Counted from the stretch's first letter, positions 31,656 through 50,344 are shown. The stretch is DNA of 64,000 nt from Antechinus flavipes (GCF_016432865.1 NC_067398.1:724284001-724348000); one strand, 5' to 3'. Numbers and translations: made by a program. Notes: generated from the letters alone by a model not told the origin.

Positions 31656-33504
31656 CGCATCATGTAAAAAAAAAAATAAAGGCTTAGAAATCCTGTTATA
31701 CATTTTCTAGACTGTGTTTACATATAGGCAAACTGAGGCCCAAAGGGCACAGCATTAGGAGCTAGTAGTCTTATTTAGCAGCGGACTTCCTGACCCCAGC
31801 CTCAAACACTCTCTTTGGCTGCATGGTCTGGGTTCCTTCCACTTGCTCAGACATCGGGACCTCCTCCAATGTCCACTCTCTCCAGTGTATGAGTTTCCTT
31901 TTCCTTGTGCTGGCAAAGGCCTGTGCCCTGGAATGGGCAGCTGTGGTGCCAGCCGGATGGGATGGCATTTCTGACACAAATTCCGCTCTAGGTCCTTGGG
32001 CTTAGGAGAGGAGAGGAAGGAGTGGAAGGAGGGAGTTTCCACTTTACTCCCATTTTTATTCTGAGGAAGAGGAAGCCAGAGCTTGGACTTAAGGTCCAAG
32101 TCTGCAGAAAGTTGCCTGGTGGGTGATTTTCTCAGGCCCCCTACTCAGTGGCTTTTGGGAAAAGAAGGGGTGAAGACATGGCCAGGGGGAGAGACAATGG
32201 TGGGAGAGCTCTTCAGTCACAGAAAAATTCCTGGGGCCCAGTAGTTTTGCTGGTTGGTTTCAGCCCCCAAGCTTTCAGGGAGGGTGACCATGACTTTTAA
32301 ATGTTACTTAACCCTTGGAGGAAGTATGAGCCAGGCATGAGGCTGTAGGGAGGCCATAAAGTCCCACAGGCTCTCCCCCCTAAGTCAGGATGCTTTCTCT
32401 AGAGGTCCCAGTTGGTCCAGACTTGGAGCCAGTGTGGATCATGGAGCTTGAAGTGGGAGGAATTTCAGAGGGAGACACTGAGGCCGGAAAGCTGAAGGGG
32501 GTGAAATGCCCAGAGTCACACGGGGAGTTGGAGGTGCAGGCCCTCTCTGCTGGGGCAGACAGAGCATGGAAACTAAGCCTCCCCTGGCCTCCCTGCCTCC
32601 TCTGATGGAAGCTTTCTCTCTCTTGCTTCTGGTGGGGGGTTTTATTTTTCACAGCTAAGGCATCCCTGTGGGCCTAATGATTACAAGTCACAGAGTCCCC
32701 ACACTTTACCGTTCATGGTGACTTCTCTGTCCCTTCTCTCTCCTCTCCTCAACTCCAAGGGGTCCTTCAAGGCTCAACCTGATACTAACAAGTCACATTG
32801 CAAAGCGTCTCCTTTTTTACACCCTTGACTGAGGGGATAGATCATGATCCCCATTTCTCTAATTAGTGATGCTTTAGAGCATTTTTTTATATGAGTATAG
32901 ATAACTTTGATTTTGTTTTCCAAAAACTGTCTATCAGTTAGACAATACTCACTTCTCTATATATTAGAGAAATAAGGCCTTCTTAGAAACTGAGGCAAAA
33001 TTTGGTTGCTTGGGTCAATGGTATTGTATTATCAGCTTCAGGTGTCACGTTCCCCTGCATAATGGCCTATAATCTGGAGCTTTCCCAGTCCCCAGTGGAG
33101 TGAAACCGAGCTGAGTGCTTCCTTGCTTTTTACCTCGACATTCTGAGCCCTGTGTCAAACTTCTTTAATGAGAACGGAATGCCATGGAGAGCAGCTACGC
33201 ACTCTGGGAAATTCTCCAACTTCAAAAGGCTCCAGGCCAAGGCTGAGCTGGAGGGAGAGCTGGGATGGGACTCAGGGTCTCTGAGCACCTTCGGGGGGAC
33301 GTCCTCTTCCCGAGCAGGGTGAGCAGCTCTTCCGAGGCAGGGACCCGGTCCCGAGGGCTCAGGGAAGGACCCCCGGAATCGCAAATGGGTTTTTCTTGGA
33401 TGCTCATGGTCTGCTATGACTCTCCTTCCCCCAGTGCTTGGGCCTCGGTCTCCCCCGGAGTCCTCCCTCCCCCAGCCGTGACCACAACCTCCTTAAGCCC
33501 AGTT

Positions 33505-34660
33505 CTGATTAAGTCACCCCACTCTTCAGTGCCCGCCCGTGGCTCCCTGTTACTGCCCCGATCCAACAGCGCTTTGGAAATGGTCCCTCTGCTCCCGGGT
33601 CAGGGGCTGCTTTTATGACATCAAGAGACGCACTTGATGAGAGAACAAATGGAAGGAAATGCAGCAGGAAGGATGCGACTTGGGGATAGGGAGGGCGGCA
33701 GGACCTGCCTCTTCTCTTCTCACCCCCCCCCCCCCGGGGGTGGGGGGCGGCGCTGCAATTACAAGATGATGCTTGTTTGAGATGCGGGGGGGAGGGTTGG
33801 TGTGGGAAAGCCCGAGGCCGCGGTTTGCTGGCGAGGGGAAAGGCTGAACCTGAAGTCCGGAGCCAGAAGCGGCGCCCGGGGAGTTTCCTGGAAAGGAGGG
33901 GAGGGGAGCCGGGCTCAGCTCGGGTCTTGCCCCCGCGTCACTCTCTGTCCGCCTCTGTCCCCTAATCCCGTGAATCAGCCTTGGCAAGGGCTGGGACTTG
34001 ATGGCTGTCAGCGAGCGTCAGTGCGTTAAGCGGAACAGGGCCGCGCTTCCCAGAGTGCATGAGTCCCGTCAGGCCTGGAGCTTTAGGGGCTAAACCACAA
34101 ACCCCCTAATGTACCACGTGTCAGCGGCGTTCTTACGTGTCAGCGTGGTTATTATGTGTCAATGGCATTGTTACGTATCATGGGATTATTACGTCTCTGT
34201 TACTGAAGCTCTCTAGGACACATTTGTATCCCTTAACTGCCTGTTACAGAAAATTCCGGGGCGCGTGGCCCTGTGGCTCCGCCCCCTCATTCCTGGGGGC
34301 CGTCCTCCCCTCCCCTCCCTCTTCCCCCCTCCTCTCGGGACTCAGTCTCGGCCACCCCGAGAACTGCTGGCCGAAACCACGCGAGTCAGACTTCTCGGAA
34401 AAACTGCTAGGAGTGAAAGGGAGGGCGCCGGAAGGAGAGAATGTATGTGAAAGTGGAGAATGTCCCTTCCTAAGCTGCAGACCCCTGAGAAGGGGAGTGG
34501 TCTGAGAACGCCCCGCCTCCGGAATCCAGCCAATGGATTCCACTGAGCGACAGTGCTGACACAGAGATTTTTCTAGATCTTAGATGTGGGAGCCATCGGG
34601 AGGCCATTAAAATCTGTCCCGCCAGTGTGGTGGCAGCGCTGGTCCTGGGTCTGGGACAAG
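33505..34660 (+). promoter_or_regulatory. G2 CpG-island promoter and non-coding exon 1 (donor after 34660)
   Basis: Inverted paralog of 19740-21260; CCAAT 34530-34534; GC box; caag|GTGAG. Confidence 0.75.
34111..34198. repeat. 18-19-bp promoter array, G2 copy (~5 units)
   Basis: gtaccacgtgtc/agcggcgttcttacgtgtc/agcgtggttattatgtgtc/aatggcattgttacgtatc/atgggattattacgtctc. Confidence 0.75.
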
Positions 34661-35359
34661 GTGAGATGCCTAGGATCCCTGCCCCCTCCCTGTCTTCTCC
34701 CTCTCCTTGACTTAATTGTCTGGTTTTTGAAATGGGGTAAAGGCTCCTGGATCCTTCAGGCACCGTCCCTTTTTGCTCCCCTTTTCTTTCTCCCTTACCT
34801 TCTCCCCTCTTTTTTGCCCCTTCATTTCCCCCTACTCCCGCTTTCTTCCTCTCCCATTTCCTCTTCTGCTCCCCAAATCCCTCTCTCTGATGCAAATGAC
34901 CTGGGACTCCCACATTCCCTCCCCTCTTCTTATTCTTCTTCAAGCTACCCTCTTGCCTAACACCCCCACTCCCCGGAAAGAAGCTTCAGCCTCACCTCCT
35001 TAGCCCTCCCCACATGACCAGCCATTTTCCAGGACTACTCTGGGCGAGTTAATGGGGAGAGACAAGCTAGACTTTATTTTGTTCCTCCCATTTCTGGCAT
35101 CCCAGAGTGCAGGGAGGTATATAGTAGACATTTCATCAATGCAGGTTTAGTTGATCTAAGCCCTAGAAACAGACAAACTTTCCCTCTGGGCTTTGTATGA
35201 ACAGGGAGGACTATGGGCTTTTCCAAAGCAGAGGGAGATTTGGGAGCTGGGAGGGGCAAAAGGCCAACCCTGTTCATGGCTCCTTGTTCCTTTCTAGCTC
35301 AGCCTACAGGGACCCCACAGACCACGTGCAGAGGAGAGGAAAGGGCCATCCTGGCCCCT

Positions 35360-40140
<4,781 letters not shown>

Positions 40141-40149
40141 CCTGACATC

Positions 40150-42005
40150 AGAGAATACATGCCAGAGAGAAATCCTAGGAATATCATTAATGGGGGAAAG
40201 CAGTCCTTCTGATCAAAGGACATCCTTAGTACTATAGAACTCATGATGGAGAAAAACCTCATTAACTTAATTATTGAAGGAAAACACTCTAGTGTGCTGA
40301 TCCAGATTAAAATGTAATTTGAAAATATTTAAGAAAATAAATGCACAAAAAAACCTCAAAAGATATTAGTCTACTGATTGTCTTTGTCAATATAGAGGAT
40401 GACCCCATGGTCCTTAGAATCTTAATATTTTGCTTCCTCATTTTCCTTGCTGAGATCGTCTTGTTTCAGTTCATCTTTGTTTGCCCAGAAGGAAGGGGCT
40501 CTTGTTGGCTAGACCCCATGTTATTATTATAAAGTCATAGACTTAGATGTTGAAGGGAGTCCCTGCAGTCCAGCCTCCTTGTTTTGCAGATGAGGAAACC
40601 AGGCCCAGATAAGTAAATGACCTTCTCAGGCTCACACAAGGACGGCTTTTAAACTACAGTTGAGATTCGTGCAGAGCTTTGAAAGTCAACTATTTGCTCT
40701 TAGAAGAAATAGGGATTACTAGAATTTCAAGTAGAGGGGCAAGTGGGGTGGGACAGTCATACCTGTGCTATAGGAAAATCATTTCAGTGGCTTGAATGGG
40801 ATGAACTGGAGTGGGCAGAGATTTGGGGCTGGAGATTCAAATAGGAGGAGACTTTATAAAGCACAAGTGAGTGAACAGAAGAATCTACATGAAGTAGCAG
40901 GAAAGGAAGGGGATTGTGAGAAGATCCATGGAGGCAGAAAGGAGGAAATTTAGCCATTGAGTGAATAGAGTCAAGGGCAACATTATCAATGGAGAGCAGA
41001 TTACTAGAATCGATCTGTTCCCCATGTTCCTCCTCACATGGCTACCCCATTCTCTTTTCTATAATAGTGATGATGTCGGAACCTGAGCTTGGAGAAGGAG
41101 GGAAAGAAAGAAAGGCAGAGGGAGACAAGTCCAAGTGATAAGAATTCAGAGACATCTGTGGCACAGAATAGGAAAGTTTATTTCTGTATATCACTAGAAA
41201 GAGACTCTCTTAGTGGACAAAAGCTCCTAGTACAATTAGGAGATTTTGAAAAGAAGTTTGTTGGTGGGACTTTGTTTTATGGGCAGATCCTAGAGCTTGG
41301 GACAATTGAAACAATGGAGAATTTTAGAATTGAATGGGTGTCTGTACACTAATCTTTACCTCCACAGAGAACTTAATCAGTATTATCAATGGGGGTGGTC
41401 TCTCAGGGCAACAGAATGAAGCTGGTTATCCTGTTTGCCTCTGGAGGGGTATAGAGACAAGGTTCAAGGAGTCTTTCTCCTTGAGAGAGAAAGTTTTGTG
41501 GTCTCTCTTTAGTTTCAGGCTCTCCTGCTCAATAGCATCTTCAGTCATTGCATAGGCAGGTTATTTCTCCAGTGTTCTCTATCATTAGAGCAACAGTGTT
41601 CAATCACCAAGTCACAGTGAATTGGCCCTTTTTGTATACCAGGCCTTGGCAAAGTACTTGAGAGACCCAGAAAGATCAAAGCACAGACTCATTTCAAGGG
41701 TATGACCAGGTGCACATTGGACCCCCAGGAAGCAGGTGTGAGGCAGCTCAGGAGGATTCCTGGCTTACTTGGAGGCTCACCTTCAATGCCCCCCTTCTGT
41801 AAGGAGCTTTTCCTAGTCCCTTTTAAGGCCAGTGCTTCCCTCACACACACCCTCACACTCCCTGTGCTTTTTTTGTTTCATTTGTATGTTGCCATTTGTA
41901 GGTTGTACCCTGATGCATCTACTCTATGTAGATCCCCTAAGCTTCTTCAGGGCAGCATCTGGGTTTTATCTTTTTTTAATATCCTCAGTGTTGAACACAG
42001 TGCCT
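40150..42005 (+). repeat. G2 3' flank: inverted paralog of ~10330-11700 and direct paralog of 1-540
   Basis: Colinear matches, e.g. 41590-41660 vs 130-200. Confidence 0.85.
41068..41552 (-). mobile_element. Probable solo LTR present only in the G2 flank
   Basis: TG...CA ends; AATAAA on minus (~41176-41181); absent from paralogs at ~55-85 and ~10825; TSD ambiguous (tag/atag). Confidence 0.6.
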
Positions 42006-42009
42006 GATG

Positions 42010-43200
42010 TTCTTCTGAATTTGAATCCAGATCTCTGCATACCATTGAAGTAATCTATGGGTGGATTCTTACTATTCCTTTTCATTATCTGCAGCAGCAG
42101 CAGCAGCATGTTTCCTATTTGTGGACTTTGTATTAAAGTTGGCCTTTAGGACCAAGGTGTTGAGGATATCTCAGGCCTAATTTGGGTTGTTCTCGTCTCC
42201 TGGGCCACAAACCATGAGCCACTGCCAATGCTATTGCTCCCTCCAGTCTCTTGAAGCTGCAAGCTTCAACTTGCCCCTCTCCCTTGCAATCCAAATCCGG
42301 GATTCAGAGGGTGACCACCACTAGCAGCTTTCCCTTTGACCATATTCGTGTAATTCTGACTTGGAATGACATCACCCCTCCTCCCCCACAGCCACAGCCA
42401 GGGACCAGATGGGGTCATCTCACCTTGACTAGGAGTTCAACTAGAGGGTCCTGCCATCTTTCCACAGTCATCTTTCCAAAGTCAACTTTGTCCTTCAGGC
42501 AGCACTTCTGAAGTTGAAAATGATGCCTATAAAGCTGCCCTCCAGGCTTATCTTTTTTTTTTTTTAATAACTTTTTATTGATAGAACCCATGCCAGGGTA
42601 ATTTTTTACAGCATTACAGGCTTATCTTTTGTCACTTCTTAGCCTCTGCCCCAGAAGTATTTGTACTTCAACCAGTTCAAAGCACTAACTTGGGGTTGTA
42701 GCAGCTCTTTTTGGCAAAGAATTGGAAAGTGAGTAGATGCCTATCAACTGGGGAAGGGCTAAGTCATGTTGCATGAAAGTAATGGAGTATTATTGTTCTA
42801 ATCAAAATGACAAATAAACTAATTTTATAAAGGCTTGGAAAGATTTACACAACCGAGACTGAGTGAAACAAATAGTAACAGGAATACATCGTACAATGTA
42901 ACAACAAGATTGTGCAATGAACAGCTATGAAAGACTTGATTCTTCTCAGCAATTCAGGGATCCAAGGCAGTCCCAATACAATTTGGCTAGAAAACACTTT
43001 TTGCATCCAGAGAGAAAAGAACCTTTGTTATTGCTATGCTTTTAAAATATCATTATCATTATCATTGAGAAAATTGCCGATGATATTTTTTTACTACAAA
43101 AAAAGGATTTATCCATTTTGATGATAATATTTAAGATCTTTTCAAAATACAGGATGTTTTTAAATGTTAAAGAAAGTTTAGAAATTGAAGAGATTCACAT
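42010..43200 (-). repeat. Inverted copy of the G1/P4 upstream spacer (~22400-23420)
   Basis: 42090-42180 is the reverse complement of 23225-23320; abrupt junction at ~42005. Confidence 0.85.
42557..42616 (-). mobile_element. 60-bp L1 3' terminus with 14-bp TSD
   Basis: caggcttatctttt at 42543-42556 and 42617-42630; empty paralogous site near 22815. Confidence 0.85.
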
Positions 43201-45689
43201 TGGAAAAACTAGGTGTACATACACCTAGAAGGGAAGCAATCAACTACATGAAAGAGAAGGTTATATAAAAAAAGGAAGTTCCCCTTCGATTTGTTCAGCT
43301 CTATTCAAGCATGATTTCCTATGTATATAATTTGGAAATGCATGTGAACAATGAATAACAGCTGACTAGTGTGGAATATTACAGGCTCCCTAACACCCTG
43401 TCCAAAATGGCTACCATTAACCTCTCATCATCATCACAGCCAACATGTAACTCCAATTTCCAACCTTACGTTTTTCTGCAACTCAGACTATCCTTTCCCC
43501 TGTCCTTTAGGACTTTGGATTGCACTTGCCACTTGCCCTCCTGCAGCTCTGCCTCCAGGCTGGCAATCCTCTGTGCCACCTCCCTTCACACTTGGCATGC
43601 CTCGTGTGGAAGGATGGGGAAATGCAGCTTGAATGAGATCATATGATGTTCCAATAGTCTTCTCAATACTCTTTTAAAAAGTAAAAAAAAAAAAAAAAAT
43701 TCTTTATTGTATTTGTTTTAATCACCTTTGAAGTCTAATTTAAGTGGCAAAATAGTTTTACACTATGGTTCCCTATATAATGCTACCCATCTGCAGTACA
43801 GAAAGAGAGTGGAATAGTGAACTTGAATTCTGGTGGGCCTTCTACAATATGGCTTCATGTAAAGCCAATTATAATCTAGCTTTCTATATTTGATGAATTT
43901 AAAGTCACTTGTTGCTGTACTGGATTCCTCTCTACTAGTGAGCAAGTGAACTAGCCATATTTATTCTATAGTTCTCTGTAAAGAGGACATTTCCTTTTAG
44001 AAACCAGTGCCTCCTTTTACTTAAAAAAAAAAAAAATTAAATAATCCAGTATTAATTTAAAGTCAGAAAGCTATTTCCCCTCTGAACAATGCTCTCAAGT
44101 GATATATGTGCTGTTGTTAGACTTTGTTGTTTTAACTGGTATTATCAGTCCTTACATTTTTAAGTTGTCAGGTAAGGATGGGTTTGGGGAGAGGAGAAAC
44201 ACGAGAATAAAACTGGAACTTGGAAAGTAATGTATGTTTACATCTATTAACAAATTCCTGTATGTAAAGAAATATTTTTTTTAAAGGAGGATTACAACAC
44301 TGTAGTGTGAATTTCATCTTGGTTACAAATGAGACTCCCTTACTTAGTTACCTACCCAAATAAAATTATTTCGGAGGGGGAAAAATAAAGTTTGTTCCAT
44401 GCATTTAAATTCTTGATCCTGTGAATATTATTGTAATATTTCTAAATTTCTTTCTAATGTGTATATTAGTAAATTGTTTTTAACCACACTATTTTTACTT
44501 TCATTTATCAGTTCTTTCTCTGGAAATGGAAATTGTCTTCCTTCATAGATTATTTACAATTACTCTAAAGTATTTATAGTACTTGGGGACAACTAGTTTG
44601 TTCACAATTATTCTTTGAACCGTACTACTGTGTTAAGGATTATGCCTGAGTGAAGAGGCAGGTTAATTCTCTGAGAGCCTCCACAGCTGTGAATCAACAT
44701 CTGAAGGAGTTGCAAAGCAACCTTTGGTGACACAGGCATTGCAGACTGGGAATGAAATAAATTGGAGGCAGAGGGAAGAGGAGGGTGGTCAGACAATGCA
44801 ACTGCCTCTCAGTCTCCTTGAATCATCATCATCCACTCACATGAAGAGATCCATTCTACAGATCTGAGTCAGACCTCCAGCAGCCACTGGCAGGTGTTTC
44901 CCATATCACAACAATACTGTAATATATGTACATATATAACATATATACACACACATATACATGTATATATACATGTACACAAATCTCCAAAGTGAGCAAA
45001 AAAGAGTATACCAAAAGGAACTCCATTAGAAAAGCTCCTTGTACCATGATATAAGTGAGAGTTCCCCAGTGTGCCAGGAATGGAAAGAGACAGACAGATG
45101 GACAGAGAGAGAAACAGACAGACAGAGATACAGAGACAGAGAAAACAAAGGTTTCTATGATATTTGGTCTAAAACAATATGATATTTGGTCTAAAACAAC
45201 ACTTACTTTATGGGGAGGGGAAATAATTGTAGCCCCCATATGGATCTTTAATTATCAGAAATTAAAATATATAAGTAGTATATAGTAGACAGAAGACCAA
45301 ACTGATATTGCCACTAAAACTCTAAAGGTAGCAGTTCAGTCTTTCCCTCAATTTCTTCTCTGGTCCCTTACTCTGCTTATGCTCTTTCCCCACACTTTGC
45401 CACCTCTTTGATCTAACCTCCAGATTTTCAACCCTATATTAATCCCTTCTTCTCTAGGTCCCTTGCTTACCTCACCTCCTTTTCTCTTATTAATTACTTT
45501 ACTTTGACACCTGAAAATAGCTGTGGTACTACCCTAACAGGGGAATGGAGAAGGGCTGTAGATCATTCCCTATACCCCCAGATACTCCCACTTCTCTTCA
45601 GGGACTCCCTTCCATGTCCCCTTTTGCCAGTTCTAGGAGTTGAATATCTAGCCTTTTTACTGGCAATAAACTTAAGAAATTCTAATTGA

Positions 45690-46550
45690 GTAATAAAAGC
45701 TGAATAGGGAAAGAAATTTTGATTTAATTCGGTGAAGCAGTAGCTAGATGGCAACTTTTCTTCCTGTGTTTCAGTCATTTTAAATGGGAAAAGATCTTGA
45801 ATTCTAAAAGTCCAGAAATTCTGATGTAATTGGATCCCAAACTGAAGTCTGTAAATTATATTCAAATGAATATTGAGAACTGTTTGGCCTCTGGGCCAAC
45901 AAAGTTGGATTTTAAATGTTAATCCTTTCCTGATTCATGAAAAATTAAAATTTATTGAAAGAATTTTTGAGATTCATGCAATTTATTGGTTTAGGAAACT
46001 TTCATTGTTGCTGTTCTTTCAGAATCTGAAGTCCTAATTTCTCATCCATATAACCCCATGATAGCCTTAAGGTTGGAATCATTAATAAAGAAGTCTCTAA
46101 ATTTTCAATGTTATTAGAGGTTTCAGGATAGTCTCAGCATCTTTCCTAGTATAGCCTCCCAGGGTTCCTTTTTCTTTTTTGTAGAACAATTTTCTCCAGG
46201 AGTCTCAATCACCTGGAAAATCTAAGGAGAAAATCCTTATGCAAACTTAGAGCTACAATTCCTTACTCTCTGATGGTATTCTGATCCATAAAATTGCTCA
46301 CTTGATATCTGACATCGGGGCAGTGCCTTCAAAACTGCAGAAGTAAAATTTTTTTTTGTTCTTTAAGGAATTCTTTGATGAATGTTTCTCTATAGTGATC
46401 CTATGCATCAGACTCTTTTAAAGAAATATTTGTAGAAGAAATGTTCAGAATTTGAAACTACAATTTTGGATTTAAAAAAGAATATTAGCTCTCTCCAAAT
46501 TCTGAAAAGCGAAGATAAAAACAAAGAGATTAAGTACAGTTTATTCTTTA
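45690..46550 (-). mobile_element. Old L1 ORF1-region fragment
   Basis: Decayed similarity to marsupial L1 ORF1 (e.g. IRITSEFL-like); judged by eye. Confidence 0.5.
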
Positions 46551-46561
46551 AAATGCTTCAA

Positions 46562-47159
46562 ACTGCTGGAAAATGAAAGGATGCCCATCAATTGGAGAAT
46601 GGTTGAGTAAATTGTGGTATATGAACATTAAGGAATATTATTGTTCTGTAAAGAATGACCAGTGGGATGAATACAGAGAGGACTGTTGAGACTTACATGA
46701 ACTGATGCTAAGTGAAATGAGCAGAACCAGGAGATCATTCTATACCTCAACAATGATACTGTTTGAGGATGTATTCTGATGGAAGTGGATCTCTTTGATA
46801 AAGAGAGCTAATTCAGTTTCAATTGATCAAAGATGGACAGAAGCAGCTACACCCAAAGAAAGAACACTGGGAAATGAATATAAACTGCTTGCATTTTTGT
46901 TTTTCTTCCTGGGTTATTTATACCTTCTGAATTCAATTCTCCCTGTGCAACAAGAAAACTGTTCGGTTCTGTACACATATATTGTATCTAGGATATACTG
47001 TAACCTATTTAACATGTAAAGGACTGCTTCCCATCTGGGGGAGGGGGTGGAGGGAGGAAGGGGAAAAATCGGAACAGAAGTGAATGCAAGGGATAATGCT
47101 GTAAAAAATTACCCTGGCATGGGTTCTATCAATAAAAAGTTATTAAAAAAAATAAAAAT
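46562..47159 (+). mobile_element. Young-type 5'-truncated L1 with 12-bp TSD
   Basis: aaaatgcttcaa at 46550-46561 and 47160-47171; 3' end aaattaccctggcatgggttctatcaataaaaagttatt. Confidence 0.9.
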
Positions 47160-47199
47160 AAAATGCTTCAAGCTTATCTTTATAAAAGACATGCTGAAA

Positions 47200-50100
47200 A
47201 TCATCCCCAGGATAATACACCAAGACAAAGTAGGATTTATACCAGGAATGCAGGGCTGGTTCAATATTAGGAAAACTACTAGCATAATTGACTATATCAA
47301 TAACTAAACAAAAACCATATGATCATCTCAATAGATACAGAAAAAGCATTTCATAAAATCTAACACCCATTCCCATGAAAAACTCTAGAGTATAGGAATA
47401 AATGGGCCTTTCCTTAAAATTGTAGCATCTATTTAAAACCATCAGTAAGCATCATATGTAATGGGGATAAACTGGAACCATTCTCAATAAGATCAAGAGT
47501 GAAACAAGGTTGCCCACTATCACCATTACTATTCAATATTGTATTAGAAATGCTAGCTTCGGCAATAACGGTTGAGAAAGAGATTAAGGGAACTAGAGTA
47601 GGTAATGAGGAAACCAAATTATCACTCTTTGCAGATGATATGATGATATACTTAGAGATTCTCAGAGATTCTACTAAAAGCTATCAGAAATAATCCACAA
47701 CTTTAGCAAAGTTGCAGGATAAAAAATAAATTCACATAAATCACCAGCATTCTTATATATCACTAACAAAATCCAACAGCAAAAGATACAAATAGAAATT
47801 CCATTTAAAGTAACTGTAGATAGTATAAAATATTTGGGAATCTATTTGCCAAGGGAAAGTCAGGAACTATATGAGCAAAACTACAAAACACTTTCCACAA
47901 AAATAAAGTCAGATATAACCAATTGGAAAAATATTAAGTGTTTTTGGATAGTCGAGCGAATATAATAAAGATGACAATACTACCTAAACTAATCTATTTA
48001 TTTAGTGCTATACCAATCAGATTCCCAAAAAACTATTTTAATGGCCTAGAAAAAATAACAACAAAATTCATGTAGAAGAACAAAAGGTTGAGAATTTCAA
48101 GGGAATTAATGAAAAAAAATCAAATGAAGGTGACCTAGCTGTACCAGATCTAAAACTATATTATAAAGCAGCTGTGATGTTTTTCTTCTTTAAAATAATA
48201 ATTGTTCTCTCTGGGAGAGAACAGGTTTCTCAAGGAGGTTTTCTGGAGGCAGCCTTAGTATCAGTTCAGATCAATAATTATCCCAAATGCAGCCAGGTGA
48301 TAAAAGGTCAGATCTTTTATTGTCTCCAGTATAGCCCGGTTAGCTTAGAGGCCTATCTCTCTGCTTGGTTACAAGAGCTCCCTCCAAATGTCTCCAAATC
48401 CAAAGGTTTGTCCTTCAGCCTCCAGCCAGCACAAAGGTGAATCTGTCTTGCCTCTGAGAAAAACAGACAGAGGCTCTGTTTCTTATATATGAGAGTGGGA
48501 TTGTGGGATATCTCCCAGCGTGCTCTCTGGCCCTAAGAGCTTCAAGGGAGGTGTGAATTTGGATATCTCATACTAAACCCTGAAATCTCCCAAACATGTG
48601 AACTCCAATGAGTAAAGGTATGAACACAAGCATTGTATCAATTAGTTCTACTTAGTACCTTGTTTCAGGTTCTGGCTCAAAACATCTCCTTGTAAGATCA
48701 GATCAATAATCTATCAATTCTAATGAGTTAGCAGTTTGTAAAGATTCCAACAAGCAGCAGTCACCAAAACAATTTGGTATTGGCTAAGAAATAGATTAGT
48801 TGATCAGTGGAAAAGGTTAGGTTCACAAGACAAAATAGTCAATAACTACAGCAATCTAGTGTTTGACAAACCCAAAGATCCCAACTTTTGGGATAAGAAT
48901 TCATGATTTGACAAAAACTGCTAGGAAAACTGGAAATTACTATGGCAGAAATTAGGCATGGACCCATACTTAACACCATATACCAAGACAAGATCAAAAT
49001 GAGTCCATGATTTAGGCATAAAGAACGAGATCATAAATAAATTAGAGGAACATAGGATAGTTTACCTCTCAGACTTGTGGAAGAGGAAGGAATTTATGAC
49101 CAAAGAAGAACTAGAGATCATTATTGATCACAAAATAGAAAATTTTGATTACATCAAATTAAAAAGCCTTTGTACAAACAAAACTAATGCAAACAAAATT
49201 AGAAGGGAAGCAACAAACTGGGAAAACATTTTTACAGTTAAAGATGCTGATAAAGGCCTCATTTCCAAAATATATAGAGAATTGACTCTAATTTATAAGA
49301 AATCAAGGCATTCTCCAGTTGATAAATAGTCAAAGGATATGAACAGACAACTTTCAGAGGATGAAATTGAAACTATTTCCACTCATATGAAAGTGTTTCA
49401 AATCACTATTCATCAGAGAAATGCAAATTAAGACAACTCTGAGATACCACTACACACCTGTCAGATTAGCGAATGTTGGAGGGGACAAGGGAAAACTGGA
49501 TCATTGATGTATTGTTGGTGGAGTTGTGAATGAATCCAACCATTCTGGAGAGCAAGCTGGAATTATACCCCAAAAGTTATCAAACTGTGCATACCCTTTG
49601 ATCTAGCAGTGCTACTACTGGGCTTATATCCCAAAGAAATACTAAAGAAGGGAAAGGATCCTGTATATGCTAAAATGTTTGTGGCAGCCCTGTTTGTAGT
49701 GGCTAGAAACTGGAAAATGAATGGATGCCCATCAATTAGAGAATGGTTGGGTAAATTGTGGTATATGAATGTTATGGAATATTATTGTTCTGTAAGAAAT
49801 GACCAGCAGGATGAATATAGAGAGGACTGGAGAGACTCACATGAACTGAGGCTAAGTGAAATGAGCAGAACAAGGAGATCATTATACAGTTGAACAACTA
49901 TATGAGGATCAATTCTGAGGAAAGTGAAGGCTCTCTTCAACAATGAGATGATCCAAAGCAGTTCCAATTGTTCAGTAATAAAGAGAGACATCTACACCCA
50001 GAGATAGGACTATGGAAAATGAGTGTGGACCACAACATAGCAATTCCACTCCTGTTTTAGTCGACTTGCATTTTTGTTTTTCTTCCCAGGTTATATTTAC

Positions 50101-50340
50101 CTTCTTTCTAGAGCCGATTTTTCTTGTGTAGCAAGATAACTGAATAAATATGTATACATATATTGTATTTAACATATATTTTAACATATTTAACATGCAT
50201 TGGACTCCCTGCCATCTGGGGGAGTGGGTGGAAGGAAGGTAGAAGTAAGACAGAAGGTTTTACAAGGATCAAAGTTGAAAAATTACCCATAAATGTTTTG
50301 TAAACAAAAAGCTATAATAATAATAATAATGATAAATGTT
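47200..50340 (+). mobile_element. L1 ORF2 (RT and C-terminus) + 3' UTR fragment with stops and frameshifts, interrupted by an LTR
   Basis: [44 protein letters not shown]; tail (aat)n at ~50315-50330. Confidence 0.95.
48173..48752 (-). mobile_element. Solo LTR with 6-bp TSD (agcagc) inserted in L1 ORF2
   Basis: TSD 48167-48172 and 48753-48758; TG...CA; same family as 53852-54634. Confidence 0.9.
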
Positions 50341-50344
50341 AAAA

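Noticed and set aside
31121-31703. Repetitive ORFs (MSELGGFLEQG...)
   Set aside because: Translations of the minisatellite; unit lengths are not consistently multiples of 3
31755-32099. Possible extra zinc-finger or coding exon on minus (LERNL.., YTGES)
   Set aside because: No CxxC/HxxxH spacing and no convincing splice context
43690-44410. AT-rich 3'-UTR-like block, possible retrocopy
   Set aside because: No recognisable parent, and no poly(A) tail or TSD in a consistent orientation; needs BLAST
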